Shown here: positions 51,964 to 61,704 of the stretch, in pieces
How positions within the stretch are numbered: position 1 is the first letter of the stretch
How the letters are laid out: every line of letters begins with the position of its first letter
Sequence record: NZ_CP106960.1
Reading direction: 5' to 3' (one strand)
Origin: a plasmid
DNA length: 64,000 nt
Position numbers and translations under genes: made by a program
Notes under the pieces: generated by a model
What the model was told of the DNA's origin: nothing
Databases searched by the model: none
What the model saw: the letters and a program-made list of their open reading frames with translations, nothing else

Positions 51964-52783
51964 GGCACTGTTGCAAATAGTCGGTGGTGATAAACTTATC
52001 ATCCCCTTTTGCTGATGGAGCTGCACATGAACCCATTCAAAGGCCGGCATTTTCAGCGTGACATCATTCTGTGGGCCGTACGCTGGTACTGCAAATACGG
52101 CATCAGTTACCGTGAGCTGCAGGAGATGCTGGCTGAACGCGGAGTGAATGTCGATCACTCCACGATTTACCGCTGGGTTCAGCGTTATGCGCCTGAAATG
52201 GAAAAACGGCTGCGCTGGTACTGGCGTAACCCTTCCGATCTTTGCCCGTGGCACATGGATGAAACCTACGTGAAGGTCAATGGCCGCTGGGCGTATCTGT
52301 ACCGGGCCGTCGACAGCCGGGGCCGCACTGTCGATTTTTATCTCTCCTCCCGTCGTAACAGCAAAGCTGCATACCGGTTTCTGGGTAAAATCCTCAACAA
52401 CGTGAAGAAGTGGCAGATCCCGCGATTCATCAACACGGATAAAGCGCCCGCCTATGGTCGCGCGCTTGCTCTGCTCAAACGCGAAGGCCGGTGCCCGTCT
52501 GACGTTGAACACCGACAGATTAAGTACCGGAACAACGTGATTGAATGCGATCATGGCAAACTGAAACGGATAATCGGCGCCACGCTGGGATTTAAATCCA
52601 TGAAGACGGCTTACGCCACCATCAAAGGTATTGAGGTGATGCGTGCACTACGCAAAGGCCAGGCCTCAGCATTTTATTATGGTGATCCCCTGGGCGAAAT
52701 GCGCCTGGTAAGCAGAGTTTTTGAAATGTAAGGCCTTTGAATAAGACAAAAGGCTGCCTCATCGCTAACTTTGCAACAGTGCC
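51964..52783 (+). mobile_element. IS26: IS26 (820 bp), copy 2, direct orientation
   Basis: Identical to copy 1. It is followed by CGCCGATG, the same 8 bp found before copy 1. Confidence 0.97.
52027..52731 (+). CDS. tnpA: IS26 transposase Tnp26
   Basis: Identical to 47534-48238. Confidence 0.97.
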   Translation: MNPFKGRHFQRDIILWAVRWYCKYGISYRELQEMLAERGVNVDHSTIYRWVQRYAPEMEKRLRWYWRNPSDLCPWHMDETYVKVNGRWAYLYRAVDSRGRTVDFYLSSRRNSKAAYRFLGKILNNVKKWQIPRFINTDKAPAYGRALALLKREGRCPSDVEHRQIKYRNNVIECDHGKLKRIIGATLGFKSMKTAYATIKGIEVMRALRKGQASAFYYGDPLGEMRLVSRVFEM

Positions 52784-53219
52784 CGCCGATGCGCTCAAGC
52801 CGTGGATTGCGCGGCGTGAACGCTGGCCGTCCTTTCTGATCCGGCGCGATCCGCGCGACATCAGCCGTATCTGGGTCCTGGAACCGGAGGGACAGCATTA
52901 CCTGGAAATTCCCTACCGTACCTTGTCGCATCCGGCTGTCACCCTCTGGGAACAACGGCAGGCGCTGGCGAAACTGCGGCAGCAAGGGCGCGAACAGGTG
53001 GATGAGTCGGCGCTGTTCCGCATGATCGGCCAGATGCGTGAGATTGTGACCAGCGCGCAGAAGGCCACACGCAAGGCGCGGCGTGACGCGGATCGCCGCC
53101 AGCACCTCAAGACATCAGCTCGGCCGGACAAGCCCGTTCCGCCGGATACGGATATTGCCGACCCGCAGGCAGACAACTTGCCACCCGCCAAACCGTTCGA
53201 CCAGATTGAGGAGTGGTAG
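52784..53219 (+). pseudogene. tniA: tniA 3' part (continuation after the IS26 composite insertion)
   Basis: It is in frame with the TniA C-terminus (...PFDQIEEW stop) and resumes exactly after the 8 bp duplication. Confidence 0.9.
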
Positions 53220-53221
53220 CC

Positions 53222-53797
53222 GTGGACGAATATCCCATCATCGACCTGTCCCACCTGCTGCCGGCGGCCCAGGGCTTGGCCCGTCTTCCGGCGGACGAGC
53301 GCATCCAGCGCCTTCGCGCCGACCGCTGGATCGGCTATCCGCGCGCAGTCGAGGCGCTGAACCGGCTGGAAGCCCTTTATGCGTGGCCAAACAAGCAACG
53401 CATGCCCAACCTGCTGCTGGTTGGCCCGACCAACAATGGCAAGTCGATGATCGTCGAGAAGTTCCGCCGCACCCACCCGGCCAGCTCCGACGCCGACCAG
53501 GAGCACATCCCGGTGTTGGTCGTGCAGATGCCGTCCGAGCCGTCCGTGATCCGCTTCTACGTCGCGCTGCTCGCCGCGATGGGCGCGCCGCTGCGCCCAC
53601 GCCCACGGTTGCCGGAAATGGAGCAACTGGCTCTGGCACTGCTGCGCAAGGTCGGCGTGCGCATGCTGGTGATTGTCGACAACCTCTCGCGCAACCAAGA
53701 CATCGCGGTCGGACTGCAAGTGATCTTGAAGCCACGGGCCCGTCCCACCCCGACATGGACCTCGATGCCCGAACGGACGTTAGATTTCGAGTTCTAG
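53222..53797 (+). pseudogene. tniB: tniB-delta (truncated Tn402 TniB ATPase gene)
   Basis: The TniB N-terminus carries a Walker A motif (GPTNNGKS). The ORF is truncated and runs into orf5 of the 3'-CS. Confidence 0.8.
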
Positions 53798-54280
53798 GCG
53801 TTCTGCGATGAAGGTTGGATCCCAGCCGGGATTGAAAGTGTCGACGTGGGTGAATCCGAGCCGCTCGTATAGGCCACGCAGGTTCGGGTGGCAGTCGAGC
53901 CGCAGCTTGGCGCACCCCTGCGTTCGCGCGGCATGGCGGCAAGCCTCGATCAGCGCGGAGCTGACACCCCGGCCCGCATGTGTCCGTCGCACCGCGAGCT
54001 TGTGCAGATATGCGGCCTCCCCCTTGAGGGCGTCGGGCCAGAACTCGGGATCCTCGGCCGACAAGGTGCAACAGCCGACGATGCCGTCGCTGCAACTCGC
54101 GACTAGGAGCTCGGATCTCAGGACGAAGGTCTCCGCGAATGTCCGGTCGATCCGCGCGACGTCCCAGGCGGGCGTTCCCTTGGCGGACATCCACGCCGCA
54201 GCGTCGTGCATCAGCCGCACAACCTCGTCGATATCACCCGAGCAGGCGACCCGAACGTTCGGAGGCTCCTCGCTGTCCAT
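53780..54280 (-). CDS. orf5: orf5 GNAT-family acetyltransferase of the class 1 integron 3'-CS (166 aa)
   Basis: It lies downstream of sul1. The product is GNAT-like. Confidence 0.85.
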   Translation of the reverse strand: MDSEEPPNVRVACSGDIDEVVRLMHDAAAWMSAKGTPAWDVARIDRTFAETFVLRSELLVASCSDGIVGCCTLSAEDPEFWPDALKGEAAYLHKLAVRRTHAGRGVSSALIEACRHAARTQGCAKLRLDCHPNLRGLYERLGFTHVDTFNPGWDPTFIAERLELEI

Positions 54281-54407
54281 TCGCTCCCCTGGCGCGGTAT
54301 GAACCGCCGCCTCATAGTGCAGTTTGATCCTGACGAGCCCAGCATGTCTGCGCCCACCTTCGCGGAACCTGACCAGGGTCCGCTAGCGGGCGGCCGGAAG
54401 GTGAATG

Positions 54408-55247
54408 CTAGGCATGATCTAACCCTCGGTCTCTGGCGTCGCGACTGCGAAATTTCGCGAGGGTTTCCGAGAAGGTGATTGCGCTTCGCAGATCTCCAGG
54501 CGCGTGGGTGCGGACGTAGTCAGCGCCATTGCCGATCGCGTGAAGTTCCGCCGCAAGGCTCGCTGGACCCAGATCCTTTACAGGAAGGCCAACGGTGGCG
54601 CCCAAGAAGGATTTCCGCGACACCGAGACCAATAGCGGAAGCCCCAACGCCGACTTCAGCTTTTGAAGGTTCGACAGCACGTGCAGCGATGTTTCCGGTG
54701 CGGGGCTCAAGAAAAATCCCATCCCCGGATCGAGGATGAGCCGGTCGGCAGCGACCCCGCTCCGTCGCAAGGCGGAAACCCGCGCCTCGAAGAACCGCAC
54801 AATCTCGTCGAGCGCGTCTTCGGGTCGAAGGTGACCGGTGCGGGTGGCGATGCCATCCCGCTGCGCTGAGTGCATAACCACCAGCCTGCAGTCCGCCTCA
54901 GCAATATCGGGATAGAGCGCAGGGTCAGGAAATCCTTGGATATCGTTCAGGTAGCCCACGCCGCGCTTGAGCGCATAGCGCTGGGTTTCCGGTTGGAAGC
55001 TGTCGATTGAAACACGGTGCATCTGATCGGACAGGGCGTCTAAGAGCGGCGCAATACGTCTGATCTCATCGGCCGGCGATACAGGCCTCGCGTCCGGATG
55101 GCTGGCGGCCGGTCCGACATCCACGACGTCTGATCCGACTCGCAGCATTTCGATCGCCGCGGTGACAGCGCCGGCGGGGTCTAGCCGCCGGCTCTCATCG
55201 AAGAAGGAGTCCTCGGTGAGATTCAGAATGCCGAACACCGTCACCAT
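54408..55247 (-). CDS. sul1: Sul1 sulfonamide-resistant dihydropteroate synthase (279 aa)
   Basis: [28 protein letters not shown]... is a canonical Sul1 sequence. Confidence 0.97.
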   Translation of the reverse strand: MVTVFGILNLTEDSFFDESRRLDPAGAVTAAIEMLRVGSDVVDVGPAASHPDARPVSPADEIRRIAPLLDALSDQMHRVSIDSFQPETQRYALKRGVGYLNDIQGFPDPALYPDIAEADCRLVVMHSAQRDGIATRTGHLRPEDALDEIVRFFEARVSALRRSGVAADRLILDPGMGFFLSPAPETSLHVLSNLQKLKSALGLPLLVSVSRKSFLGATVGLPVKDLGPASLAAELHAIGNGADYVRTHAPGDLRSAITFSETLAKFRSRDARDRGLDHA

Positions 55248-55588
55248 GGCGTCGGCCTCCGCAGCGACTTCCACGATGGGGATCGGGCGAGCAAAAAGGC
55301 AGCAATTATGAGCCCCATACCTACAAAGCCCCACGCATCAAGCTTTTGCCCATGAAGCAACCAGGCAATGGCTGTAATTATGACGACGCCGAGTCCCGAC
55401 CAGACTGCATAAGCAACACCGACAGGGATGGATTTCAGAACCAGAGAAAGAAAATAAAATGCGATGCCATAACCGATTATGACAACGGCGGAAGGGGCAA
55501 GCTTAGTAAAGCCCTCGCTAGATTTTAATGCGGATGTTGCGATTACTTCGCCAACTATTGCGATAACAAGAAAAAGCCAGCCTTTCAT
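55241..55588 (-). CDS. qacEdelta1: QacEdelta1 SMR efflux protein (115 aa)
   Basis: [27 protein letters not shown]... with a C-terminus altered as in the 3'-CS. Confidence 0.95.
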   Translation of the reverse strand: MKGWLFLVIAIVGEVIATSALKSSEGFTKLAPSAVVIIGYGIAFYFLSLVLKSIPVGVAYAVWSGLGVVIITAIAWLLHGQKLDAWGFVGMGLIIAAFLLARSPSWKSLRRPTPW

Positions 55589-55751
55589 GATATATCTCCC
55601 AATTTGTGTAGGGCTTATTATGCACGCTTAAAAATAATAAAAGCAGACTTGACCTGATAGTTTGGCTGTGAGCAATTATGTGCTTAGTGCATCTAACGCT
55701 TGAGTTAAGCCGCGCCGCGAAGCGGCGTCGGCTTGAACGAATTGTTAGACA

Positions 55752-56543
55752 TTATTTGCCGACTACCTTGGTGATCTCGCCTTTCACGTAGTGAACAAAT
55801 TCTTCCAACTGATCTGCGCGCGAGGCCAAGCGATCTTCTTCTTGTCCAAGATAAGCCTGTCTAGCTTCAAGTATGACGGGCTGATACTGGGCCGGCAGGC
55901 GCTCCATTGCCCAGTCGGCAGCGACATCCTTCGGCGCGATTCTGCCGGTTACTGCGCTGTACCAAATGCGGGACAACGTAAGCACTACATTTCGCTCATC
56001 GCCAGCCCAGTCGGGCGGCGAGTTCCATAGCGTTAAGGTTTCATTTAGCGCCTCAAATAGATCCTGTTCAGGAACCGGATCAAAGAGTTCCTCCGCCGCT
56101 GGACCTACCAAGGCAACGCTATGTTCTCTTGCTTTTGTCAGCAAGATAGCCAGATCAATGTCGATCGTGGCTGGCTCGAAGATACCTGCAAGAATGTCAT
56201 TGCGCTGCCATTCTCCAAATTGCAGTTCGCGCTTAGCTGGATAACGCCACGGAATGATGTCGTCGTGCACAACAATGGTGACTTCTACAGCGCGGAGAAT
56301 CTCGCTCTCTCCAGGGGAAGCCGAAGTTTCCAAAAGGTCGTTGATCAAAGCTCGCCGCGTTGTTTCATCAAGCCTTACGGTCACCGTAACCAGCAAATCA
56401 ATATCACTGTGTGGCTTCAGGCCGCCATCCACTGCGGAGCCGTACAAATGTACGGCCAGCAACGTCGGTTCGAGATGGCGCTCGATGACGCCAACTACCT
56501 CTGATAGTTGAGTCGATACTTCGGCGATCACCGCTTCCCTCAT
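55752..56543 (-). CDS. aadA1: AadA1 aminoglycoside (3'')(9) adenylyltransferase (263 aa), integron cassette
   Basis: MREAVIAEVSTQLSEVVGVIERHLEPTLLAVHLYGSAVDGGLKPHSDIDLLVTV... The attC lies in 55589-55751. Confidence 0.95.
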   Translation of the reverse strand: MREAVIAEVSTQLSEVVGVIERHLEPTLLAVHLYGSAVDGGLKPHSDIDLLVTVTVRLDETTRRALINDLLETSASPGESEILRAVEVTIVVHDDIIPWRYPAKRELQFGEWQRNDILAGIFEPATIDIDLAILLTKAREHSVALVGPAAEELFDPVPEQDLFEALNETLTLWNSPPDWAGDERNVVLTLSRIWYSAVTGRIAPKDVAADWAMERLPAQYQPVILEARQAYLGQEEDRLASRADQLEEFVHYVKGEITKVVGK

Positions 56544-56635
56544 GATGTTTAACGCCTGGCACAGCGGATCGCAAACCTGGCGCGGCTTTTGGTACAAAAG
56601 GCGTGACAGGTTTGCGAATCCGTTGCTGCCACTTG

Positions 56636-57109
56636 TTAACCCTTTTGCCAGATTTGGTAACTATAATTTATGTTAGAGGCGAAGTCTTGGGTAAAAACTG
56701 GCCTAAAATTGCTGGGGATTTCAGGAAAGTAAACATCACCTTCCGGCTCGATGTCTATTGTAGATATATGTAGTGTATCTACTTGATCGATCAGGCTTTT
56801 GTATATCTCCCCACCACCTGAAACAATGACATGATCCGTTATTTTCTTTAGGTTGGTTAAAGCATCTTTAATTGATGGAAAGATCACTACGTTCTCATTG
56901 TCAGATGTAAAACTTGAACGTGTTACGACCGCATACTTTCGGTTGGGTAATGCTCCCATTGATTCAAAAGTCTTGCGTCCAACCAACAGCCATTGGTTAT
57001 AGGTAATAGCTTTAAACAGGAGCTGTTCACCTTTGGCACTCCATGGAATATCAGGGCCATTCCCGATAACTCCATTCTTCGATATAGCTACCATTAGTGA
57101 TAGTTTCAC
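56636..57109 (-). CDS. dfrA1: DfrA1 trimethoprim-resistant dihydrofolate reductase (157 aa), integron cassette
   Basis: [52 protein letters not shown]... The attC lies in 56544-56635. Confidence 0.95.
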   Translation of the reverse strand: MKLSLMVAISKNGVIGNGPDIPWSAKGEQLLFKAITYNQWLLVGRKTFESMGALPNRKYAVVTRSSFTSDNENVVIFPSIKDALTNLKKITDHVIVSGGGEIYKSLIDQVDTLHISTIDIEPEGDVYFPEIPSNFRPVFTQDFASNINYSYQIWQKG

Positions 57110-57265
57110 AATTCTTCCTCAGAGGTTAACTTTGTTTTAGGGCGACTGCCCTGCTGCGTAACATCGTTGCTGCTCCATAACATCAAACATCGACCCACGG
57201 CGTAACGCGCTTGCTGCTTGGATGCCCGAGGCATAGACTGTACAAAAAAACAGTCATAACAAGCC
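57110..57265. promoter_or_regulatory. attI1: attI1 recombination site and 5'-CS promoter region
   Basis: It lies between intI1 and the first cassette and contains gttaacc/gttagg-type core sequences. Confidence 0.7.
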
Positions 57266-58279
57266 ATGAAAACCGCCACTGCGCCGTTACCACCGCTGCG
57301 TTCGGTCAAGGTTCTGGACCAGTTGCGTGAGCGCATACGCTACTTGCATTACAGCTTACGAACCGAACAGGCTTATGTCCACTGGGTTCGTGCCTTCATC
57401 CGTTTCCACGGTGTGCGTCACCCGGCAACCTTGGGCAGCAGCGAAGTCGAGGCATTTCTGTCCTGGCTGGCGAACGAGCGCAAGGTTTCGGTCTCCACGC
57501 ATCGTCAGGCATTGGCGGCCTTGCTGTTCTTCTACGGCAAGGTGCTGTGCACGGATCTGCCCTGGCTTCAGGAGATCGGAAGACCTCGGCCGTCGCGGCG
57601 CTTGCCGGTGGTGCTGACCCCGGATGAAGTGGTTCGCATCCTCGGTTTTCTGGAAGGCGAGCATCGTTTGTTCGCCCAGCTTCTGTATGGAACGGGCATG
57701 CGGATCAGTGAGGGTTTGCAACTGCGGGTCAAGGATCTGGATTTCGATCACGGCACGATCATCGTGCGGGAGGGCAAGGGCTCCAAGGATCGGGCCTTGA
57801 TGTTACCCGAGAGCTTGGCACCCAGCCTGCGCGAGCAGCTGTCGCGTGCACGGGCATGGTGGCTGAAGGACCAGGCCGAGGGCCGCAGCGGCGTTGCGCT
57901 TCCCGACGCCCTTGAGCGGAAGTATCCGCGCGCCGGGCATTCCTGGCCGTGGTTCTGGGTTTTTGCGCAGCACACGCATTCGACCGATCCACGGAGCGGT
58001 GTCGTGCGTCGCCATCACATGTATGACCAGACCTTTCAGCGCGCCTTCAAACGTGCCGTAGAACAAGCAGGCATCACGAAGCCCGCCACACCGCACACCC
58101 TCCGCCACTCGTTCGCGACGGCCTTGCTCCGCAGCGGTTACGACATTCGAACCGTGCAGGATCTGCTCGGCCATTCCGACGTCTCTACGACGATGATTTA
58201 CACGCATGTGCTGAAAGTTGGCGGTGCCGGAGTGCGCTCACCGCTTGATGCGCTGCCGCCCCTCACTAGTGAGAGGTAG
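57266..58279 (+). CDS. intI1: Class 1 integron integrase IntI1 (337 aa)
   Basis: [53 protein letters not shown]... It is divergent from the cassettes. Confidence 0.97.
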
Positions 58280-58456
58280 GGCAGCGCAAGTCAATCCTGG
58301 CGGATTCACTACCCCTGCGCGAAGGCCATCGGTGCCGCATCGAACGGCCGGTTGCGGAAAGTCCTCCCTGCGTCCGCTGATGGCCGGCAGCAGCCCGTCG
58401 TTGCCTGATGGATCCAACCCCTCCGCTGCTATAGTGCAGTCGGCTTCTGACGTTCA

Positions 58457-58481
58457 GTGCAGCCGTCTTCTGAAAACGACA
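58457..58481. repeat. Class 1 integron inverted repeat IRi
   Basis: The sequence gtgcagccgtcttctgaaaacgaca, followed by ATGGA (the 5 bp direct repeat matching 46073-46077). Confidence 0.85.
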
Positions 58482-58832
58482 ATGGAGGTGGTAGCCGAGG
58501 GTGTGGAAACACCCGACTGCCTTGCGTGGTTGCGGCAGGCGGGTTGCGACACGGTGCAGGGTTTCCTGTTCGCCAGGCCGATGCCGGCGGCGGCCTTCGT
58601 CGGCTTCGTCAACCAATGGAGGAACACCACCATGAACGCCAATGAACCGAGCACCAGTTGCTGCGTGTGCTGCAAGGAAATCCCGCTCGATGCCGCCTTC
58701 ACGCCGGAAGGGGCCGAGTACGTGGAGCATTTCTGCGGGCTGGAGTGCTATCAGCGCTTCCAGGCGCGGGCCAGCACTGCGACCGAAACCAGCGTCAAAC
58801 CGGACGCTTGTGATTCGCCGCCGTCAGGTTGA
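58482..58832 (+). pseudogene. urf2: urf2 3' part (tnpM region of Tn21)
   Basis: It continues the EAL-domain reading frame after IRi and is upstream of the res site and tnpR. Confidence 0.75.
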
Positions 58833-58957
58833 GGCATACCCTAACCTGATGTCAGATGCCATGTGTAAATTGCGTCAGGATAGGATTGAATTTTGAATTT
58901 ATTGACATATCTCGTTGAAGGTCATAGAGTCTTCCCTGACATTTTGCAGGGAATTCC

Positions 58958-59518
58958 ATGACTGGACAGCGCATTGGGTATATCAGGGTCAGCACCTTCG
59001 ACCAGAACCCGGAACGGCAACTGGAAGGCGTCAAGGTTGATCGCGCTTTTAGCGACAAGGCATCCGGCAAGGATGTCAAGCGTCCGCAACTGGAAGCGCT
59101 GATAAGCTTCGCCCGCACCGGCGACACCGTGGTGGTGCATAGCATGGATCGCCTGGCGCGCAATCTCGATGATTTGCGCCGGATCGTGCAAACGCTGACA
59201 CAACGCGGCGTGCATATCGAATTCGTCAAGGAACACCTCAGTTTTACTGGCGAAGACTCTCCGATGGCGAACCTGATGCTCTCGGTGATGGGCGCGTTCG
59301 CCGAGTTCGAGCGCGCCCTGATCCGCGAGCGTCAGCGCGAGGGTATTGCGCTCGCCAAGCAACGCGGGGCTTACCGTGGCAGGAAGAAATCCCTGTCGTC
59401 TGAGCGTATTGCCGAACTGCGCCAACGTGTCGAGGCTGGCGAGCAAAAGACCAAGCTTGCTCGTGAATTCGGAATCAGTCGCGAAACCCTGTATCAATAC
59501 TTGAGAACGGATCAGTAA
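58958..59518 (+). CDS. tnpR: Tn21 resolvase TnpR (186 aa)
   Basis: [48 protein letters not shown]... is a serine recombinase. Confidence 0.95.
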   Translation: MTGQRIGYIRVSTFDQNPERQLEGVKVDRAFSDKASGKDVKRPQLEALISFARTGDTVVVHSMDRLARNLDDLRRIVQTLTQRGVHIEFVKEHLSFTGEDSPMANLMLSVMGAFAEFERALIRERQREGIALAKQRGAYRGRKKSLSSERIAELRQRVEAGEQKTKLAREFGISRETLYQYLRTDQ

Positions 59519-59520
59519 AT

Positions 59521-60067
59521 ATGCCACGTCGTTCCATCCTGTCCGCCGCCGAGCGGGAAAGCCTGCTGGCGTTGCCGGACTCCAAGGACGACCTGATCCG
59601 ACATTACACATTCAACGATACCGACCTCTCGATCATCCGACAGCGGCGCGGGCCAGCCAATCGGCTGGGCTTCGCGGTGCAGCTCTGTTACCTGCGCTTT
59701 CCCGGCGTCATCCTGGGCGTCGATGAACTACCGTTCCCGCCCTTGTTGAAGCTGGTCGCCGACCAGCTCAAGGTCGGCGTCGAAAGCTGGAACGAGTACG
59801 GCCAGCGGGAGCAGACCCGGCGCGAGCACCTGAGCGAGCTGCAAACCGTGTTCGGTTTCCGGCCCTTCACCATGAGCCATTACCGGCAGGCCGTCCAGAT
59901 GCTGACCGAGCTGGCGATGCAAACCGACAAAGGCATCGTGCTGGCCAGCGCCTTGATCGGGCACCTGCGGCGGCAGTCGGTCATTCTGCCCGCCCTCAAC
60001 GCCGTCGAGCGGGCGAGTGCCGAGGCGATCACCCGTGCTAACCGGCGCATCTACGACGCCTTGGCCG
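59521..60067 (+). pseudogene. tnpA: Tn21 tnpA, 3'-truncated by IS1 (only the first 183 codons)
   Basis: The N-terminus of the Tn3-family transposase ([31 protein letters not shown]...) ends at IS1 IRL (60068). Confidence 0.9.
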
Positions 60068-60835
60068 GGTGATGCTGCCAACTTACTGATTTAGTGTATG
60101 ATGGTGTTTTTGAGGTGCTCCAGTGGCTTCTGTTTCTATCAGCTGTCCCTCCTGTTCAGCTACTGACGGGGTGGTGCGTAACGGCAAAAGCACCGCCGGA
60201 CATCAGCGCTATCTCTGCTCTCACTGCCGTAAAACATGGCAACTGCAGTTCACTTACACCGCTTCTCAACCCGGTACGCACCAGAAAATCATTGATATGG
60301 CCATGAATGGCGTTGGATGCCGGGCAACCGCCCGCATTATGGGCGTTGGCCTCAACACGATTTTCCGCCATTTAAAAAACTCAGGCCGCAGTCGGTAACC
60401 TCGCGCATACAGCCGGGCAGTGACGTCATCGTCTGCGCGGAAATGGACGAACAGTGGGGATACGTCGGGGCTAAATCGCGCCAGCGCTGGCTGTTTTACG
60501 CGTATGACAGGCTCCGGAAGACGGTTGTTGCGCACGTATTCGGTGAACGCACTATGGCGACGCTGGGGCGTCTTATGAGCCTGCTGTCACCCTTTGACGT
60601 GGTGATATGGATGACGGATGGCTGGCCGCTGTATGAATCCCGCCTGAAGGGAAAGCTGCACGTAATCAGCAAGCGATATACGCAGCGAATTGAGCGGCAT
60701 AACCTGAATCTGAGGCAGCACCTGGCACGGCTGGGACGGAAGTCGCTGTCGTTCTCAAAATCGGTGGAGCTGCATGACAAAGTCATCGGGCATTATCTGA
60801 ACATAAAACACTATCAATAAGTTGGAGTCATTACC
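60068..60835 (+). mobile_element. IS1: IS1 (768 bp), copy 2, direct orientation relative to copy 1
   Basis: Identical to 36679-37446, with insA at 60123-60398 and insB' at 60317-60820. Confidence 0.95.
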
Positions 60836-61244
60836 AGGGCTGGCCAGCTATTTTTTTGCAGAATCTGGAGTCCACGGGTTGCCGTCAGAAGTGTGTATAG
60901 ATCCATTGCTTTCTCCTTTTTACCTTTATCAAAAAATTTCTTTTGCCGTCCTCCTTTCGGAGGTTGGTCGTTATCTCCCGCCATGAGCGAAGGGAGGCAA
61001 CGTGCCATGAGGTAAAAGTCATGCCCCGGATGCAAAGCCGCAGCGCAAGCGACTGACCAAGGGGAAGGAGTGCGAACGGGTGCCGCAGCTGGCGGCTTGA
61101 ATTTTGCCGGCACGGTGCGACCTTTTAAGCGATGGCAGGAGATAACCAGCACACGGAGTCTGGGAGACAAATGGTGGTTTTGGCGATAAGCAGCAGAGCT
61201 AAGCTGTAAATCAAAACTTGAAAGTGCGCTCAATAAGTCAATAA

Positions 61245-61264
61245 TACTGTATATAAAAACAGTA
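61245..61264. promoter_or_regulatory. LexA (SOS) box overlapping the first ATG of the umuD-like gene
   Basis: The sequence tactgtatataaaaacagta matches the CTGT-N8-ACAG consensus. Confidence 0.8.
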
Positions 61265-61275
61265 TGGAGGTAACT

Positions 61276-61704
61276 ATGTTTGACTTAATGCATGCAGCGC
61301 GCGAACCGGATTTCACAGCAATTCCACTTTATATTGACCGTTGCCCGGCGGGGTTCCCATCACCGGCACAAGACTACGTCGAAGCAGAACTCGACCTCAA
61401 TCAATACTGTATTTCCCGGCCTAGCTCGACATACTTTGTGCGGGCCATCGGTAACTCTATGACAGATATTGGGCTGCACTCTGGAGATCTATTGATCGTG
61501 GATAAAGGCGAACAGGCGCGCCACGGCGACATAGTCATTGCTGAAGTTGAGGGAGAATTTACGGTTAAAAGGCTACTACTAAAACCGCGACTTGGGCTGC
61601 AGGCAATGAACCCTACCTACCCTACCCTATGGCCAGACCCTGAGCACCTCCAGATATTCGGCGTCGTAACCGCCTTTGTACACAAAACCCGGGGACATGA
61701 CTGA
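61276..61704 (+). CDS. UmuD/MucA/ImpA-like S24 peptidase subunit of error-prone polymerase (142 aa)
   Basis: It is collinear with UmuD (GFPSPAQDYVE..LDLNQ; SMTDIGL..GDLLIVD; GEFTVKRL). A GGAGG RBS precedes the ATG at 61276, and the alternative ATG at 61264 lies inside the LexA box. Confidence 0.8.
   Translation: MFDLMHAAREPDFTAIPLYIDRCPAGFPSPAQDYVEAELDLNQYCISRPSSTYFVRAIGNSMTDIGLHSGDLLIVDKGEQARHGDIVIAEVEGEFTVKRLLLKPRLGLQAMNPTYPTLWPDPEHLQIFGVVTAFVHKTRGHD

Noticed and set aside
53238-54194. 318 aa minus-strand ORF spanning tniB-delta and orf5
   Set aside because: It is antisense to known integron genes and Arg/Pro/Gly-rich, so it is an artefact of high GC.
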